From Phoronis australis (Eukaryota; Animalia; Phoronida), in the NCBI GenBank assembly GCA_002633005.1, contig NMRA01000103.1, positions 403,612 through 467,611 of the forward strand: DNA of 64,000 bases, written 5' to 3'. Both the position numbers and the translations under genes were made by a program. This document shows positions 62,186 through 64,000 of this stretch, in pieces (the stretch's first letter is position 1; the number at the start of each line of letters is the position of its first letter). Under the pieces are notes generated by a model. That model did not search any database. It had not been told where the DNA came from and saw only the letters and a list, made by a program, of their open reading frames with translations.

Positions 62186-62578
62186 GGCCCGGTCTCCAAT
62201 CTTTTAACTCGAAATGGAACTTGAAATTAGGTTTGGCATTTTCTACTTTACTTTTGGGCGAACTCAAGATAAGTGTCTATTATTCTATGCTCGAGTACAC
62301 AATAACTTTCGTAGATAATTTATTGCCCTTAGTTCACAGTATGTAAACCCACTATTAAGTTCGAGTTTGAACTCGAAATTTTGAGTTTTTACTCGAGTTT
62401 GTAGCACGAATATAAGGGTCTTCAAGGGCAAACTTGAACTAGAAACTCCTATGCATAAACTATAATGTATTCGAGCACATTCTGATAACCAATTATCTTA
62501 AGTTCGCACAAAAGGAGCAGAGAAATTGCCAAAAATAGTTTCGAGTTCGTTTCGAGTACAAAGATTAGAGACCGGACC
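62186..62578. mobile_element. Harbinger-like MITE with ~120-bp imperfect arms and CAG TSD
   Basis: GGCCCGGTCTCCAATCTT…AAGATTAGAGACCGGACC; CAG on both flanks. Confidence 0.75.
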
Positions 62579-64000
62579 CAGGTTAACCAGGCAAAATCAG
62601 TCAAGTGCAACCTTTGTGACTTGACAATTTTAGCTTCCAAAACATACACGAATTGCTTACCTTTGGGTGTTAAATAGTCATTTTTCAGTGATATGTTGGC
62701 ATATTCAGGTGTGAAATTTATATCCACGTTTTTAACTGCGCTTCTTGTGCTTCCTAAAGTTACAGTACTGGTAAAGGAACTGATGTAAACAAATCCATCA
62801 TTAGAGTAAATGTTCATCCTCAACTTCTCAAGATTTTTGTCCTTTAACTCCCATGCTCCACTTTGGACCCAGCCCAGGTTTTTTACCGTAAACTTGTGGG
62901 TTAACCCCTGGGTGCTTAAATTGGGAAACCCGGAGACGGGGGACTGGGCGATTACCCAAGCAGTGAACGTTTAAACAGAAAAGTTAGCGAAAAGTTGGGG
63001 GTGGGCAATTATTCAAGCATTGGGTGCTTATGTCCAAGTTTTAGCCGAACTGGGCAAGCTTGCGGGGTGTTCATTCGAGCATGGAACTTGTAAGTTCGTT
63101 CAAACAGCGGAACCCAACAACAACCGCAAAGTTTCTCACGACTCAAACAGAAAGGAGATTTCGACTTTGAAAGTGTGATTTCACGAGAACGTTGCTAAAA
63201 ACTCAGATGCTTTCAAATATATTAGCACGCTGCAAAATTTCATACCACAGAGCTTTATGAAACTCGAATGGCAGCAAGTACTGTTTCAAATAAGTGAATG
63301 GGACTACATTTCGTTTCCAGCGCCATTGTATTGTTAGTGTTGTTCGTACAACTGTGTTTGGTTGGAACCTTTCCAGTCCCGTCTCGTCATTGTTAATGTC
63401 GTCTGGTATTAAACCTGATAAACTTTTGATTCACTGTTTAGTTTATCTGGTGCTGGATTAAAAACACGAATGATTCATTCCCGGCCGACACAAACCGTTT
63501 GCAATTACAACAAGAGGGGTGTGAATAATTGCTCCATTCAAATGTGGGTTGACCCAGGATATCAAAATCACATGCATTATGCGAGCAACTACAACGAGAG
63601 GGTGGTTGATTAATTGGTCATTTTAAATCTGAGTCAACCCAGGAGAAAAATCTAGCAAAATCACGTGTTCCGTCTGAAAATACGTGGCGATGTTTCAAAG
63701 TTTTACCTGTTCTCGCCAAAACACTCAAAAAACTTGGTCTACTGAACTCGAAAAAGCATCAGAAATGGTGCCTGATATGAAAAAATTAGGTAATTGAAAA
63801 AATTGTTACCTAGACAAACCTACGTCGGTGGTGACCAGGACGTAGGCCTAATTTGGCACCCACTGCAATGCTTCCATTGTCCCCAGTAGGCTTCTATCGG
63901 GTAGTTTCCCTGTTGTAAGGTATAGGTGTGATAGTATTGTCAGTGATGTTTATTGCAATGTTTGTAAAATAAAAGTTTATTGTATTCTCATTGGTGTCTT

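Noticed and set aside
62449-62823. 124-aa - strand ORF with an internal strong donor
   Set aside because: Its C-terminal half runs into a MITE and no partner exons or homology could be identified.

Overview
This is eukaryotic, repeat-rich animal DNA with spliceosomal introns, probably from a marine invertebrate. It is a draft assembly, with an N-gap at 20252-20495 and single n's at 3128 and 56123. I found no prokaryotic system or CRISPR array. Three genes could be rebuilt by hand with frame-consistent splice sites. (1) A + strand 4-exon gene with a long Ser/Lys-rich region and an atypical C-terminal SH3 domain split by a GC-AG intron (17530-20796). (2) EFCAB7 on the - strand with only two coding exons (31359-27115). 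(3) A divergently oriented + strand 9-exon type I membrane receptor (33585-50594): signal peptide, two Ig domains, TM helix, and a long acidic tail carrying a YDEP motif and a cryptic-RHIM-like motif (VIHTHGTAV-ISFG-DHNVINV). The receptor is the best candidate for an undescribed system, namely Ig-receptor amyloid/RHIM signalling, but that rests on by-eye motif comparison. The rest of the window is many non-autonomous DNA transposons (hAT, Harbinger, IS3EU-like, Helentron/HINE, a TTAA-flanked element with a transposase-like fragment), a 22-unit TATCGATA palindrome array, and clusters of orphan or decayed exon-like sequence (1-12 kb, 22-23 kb, 53-54 kb).
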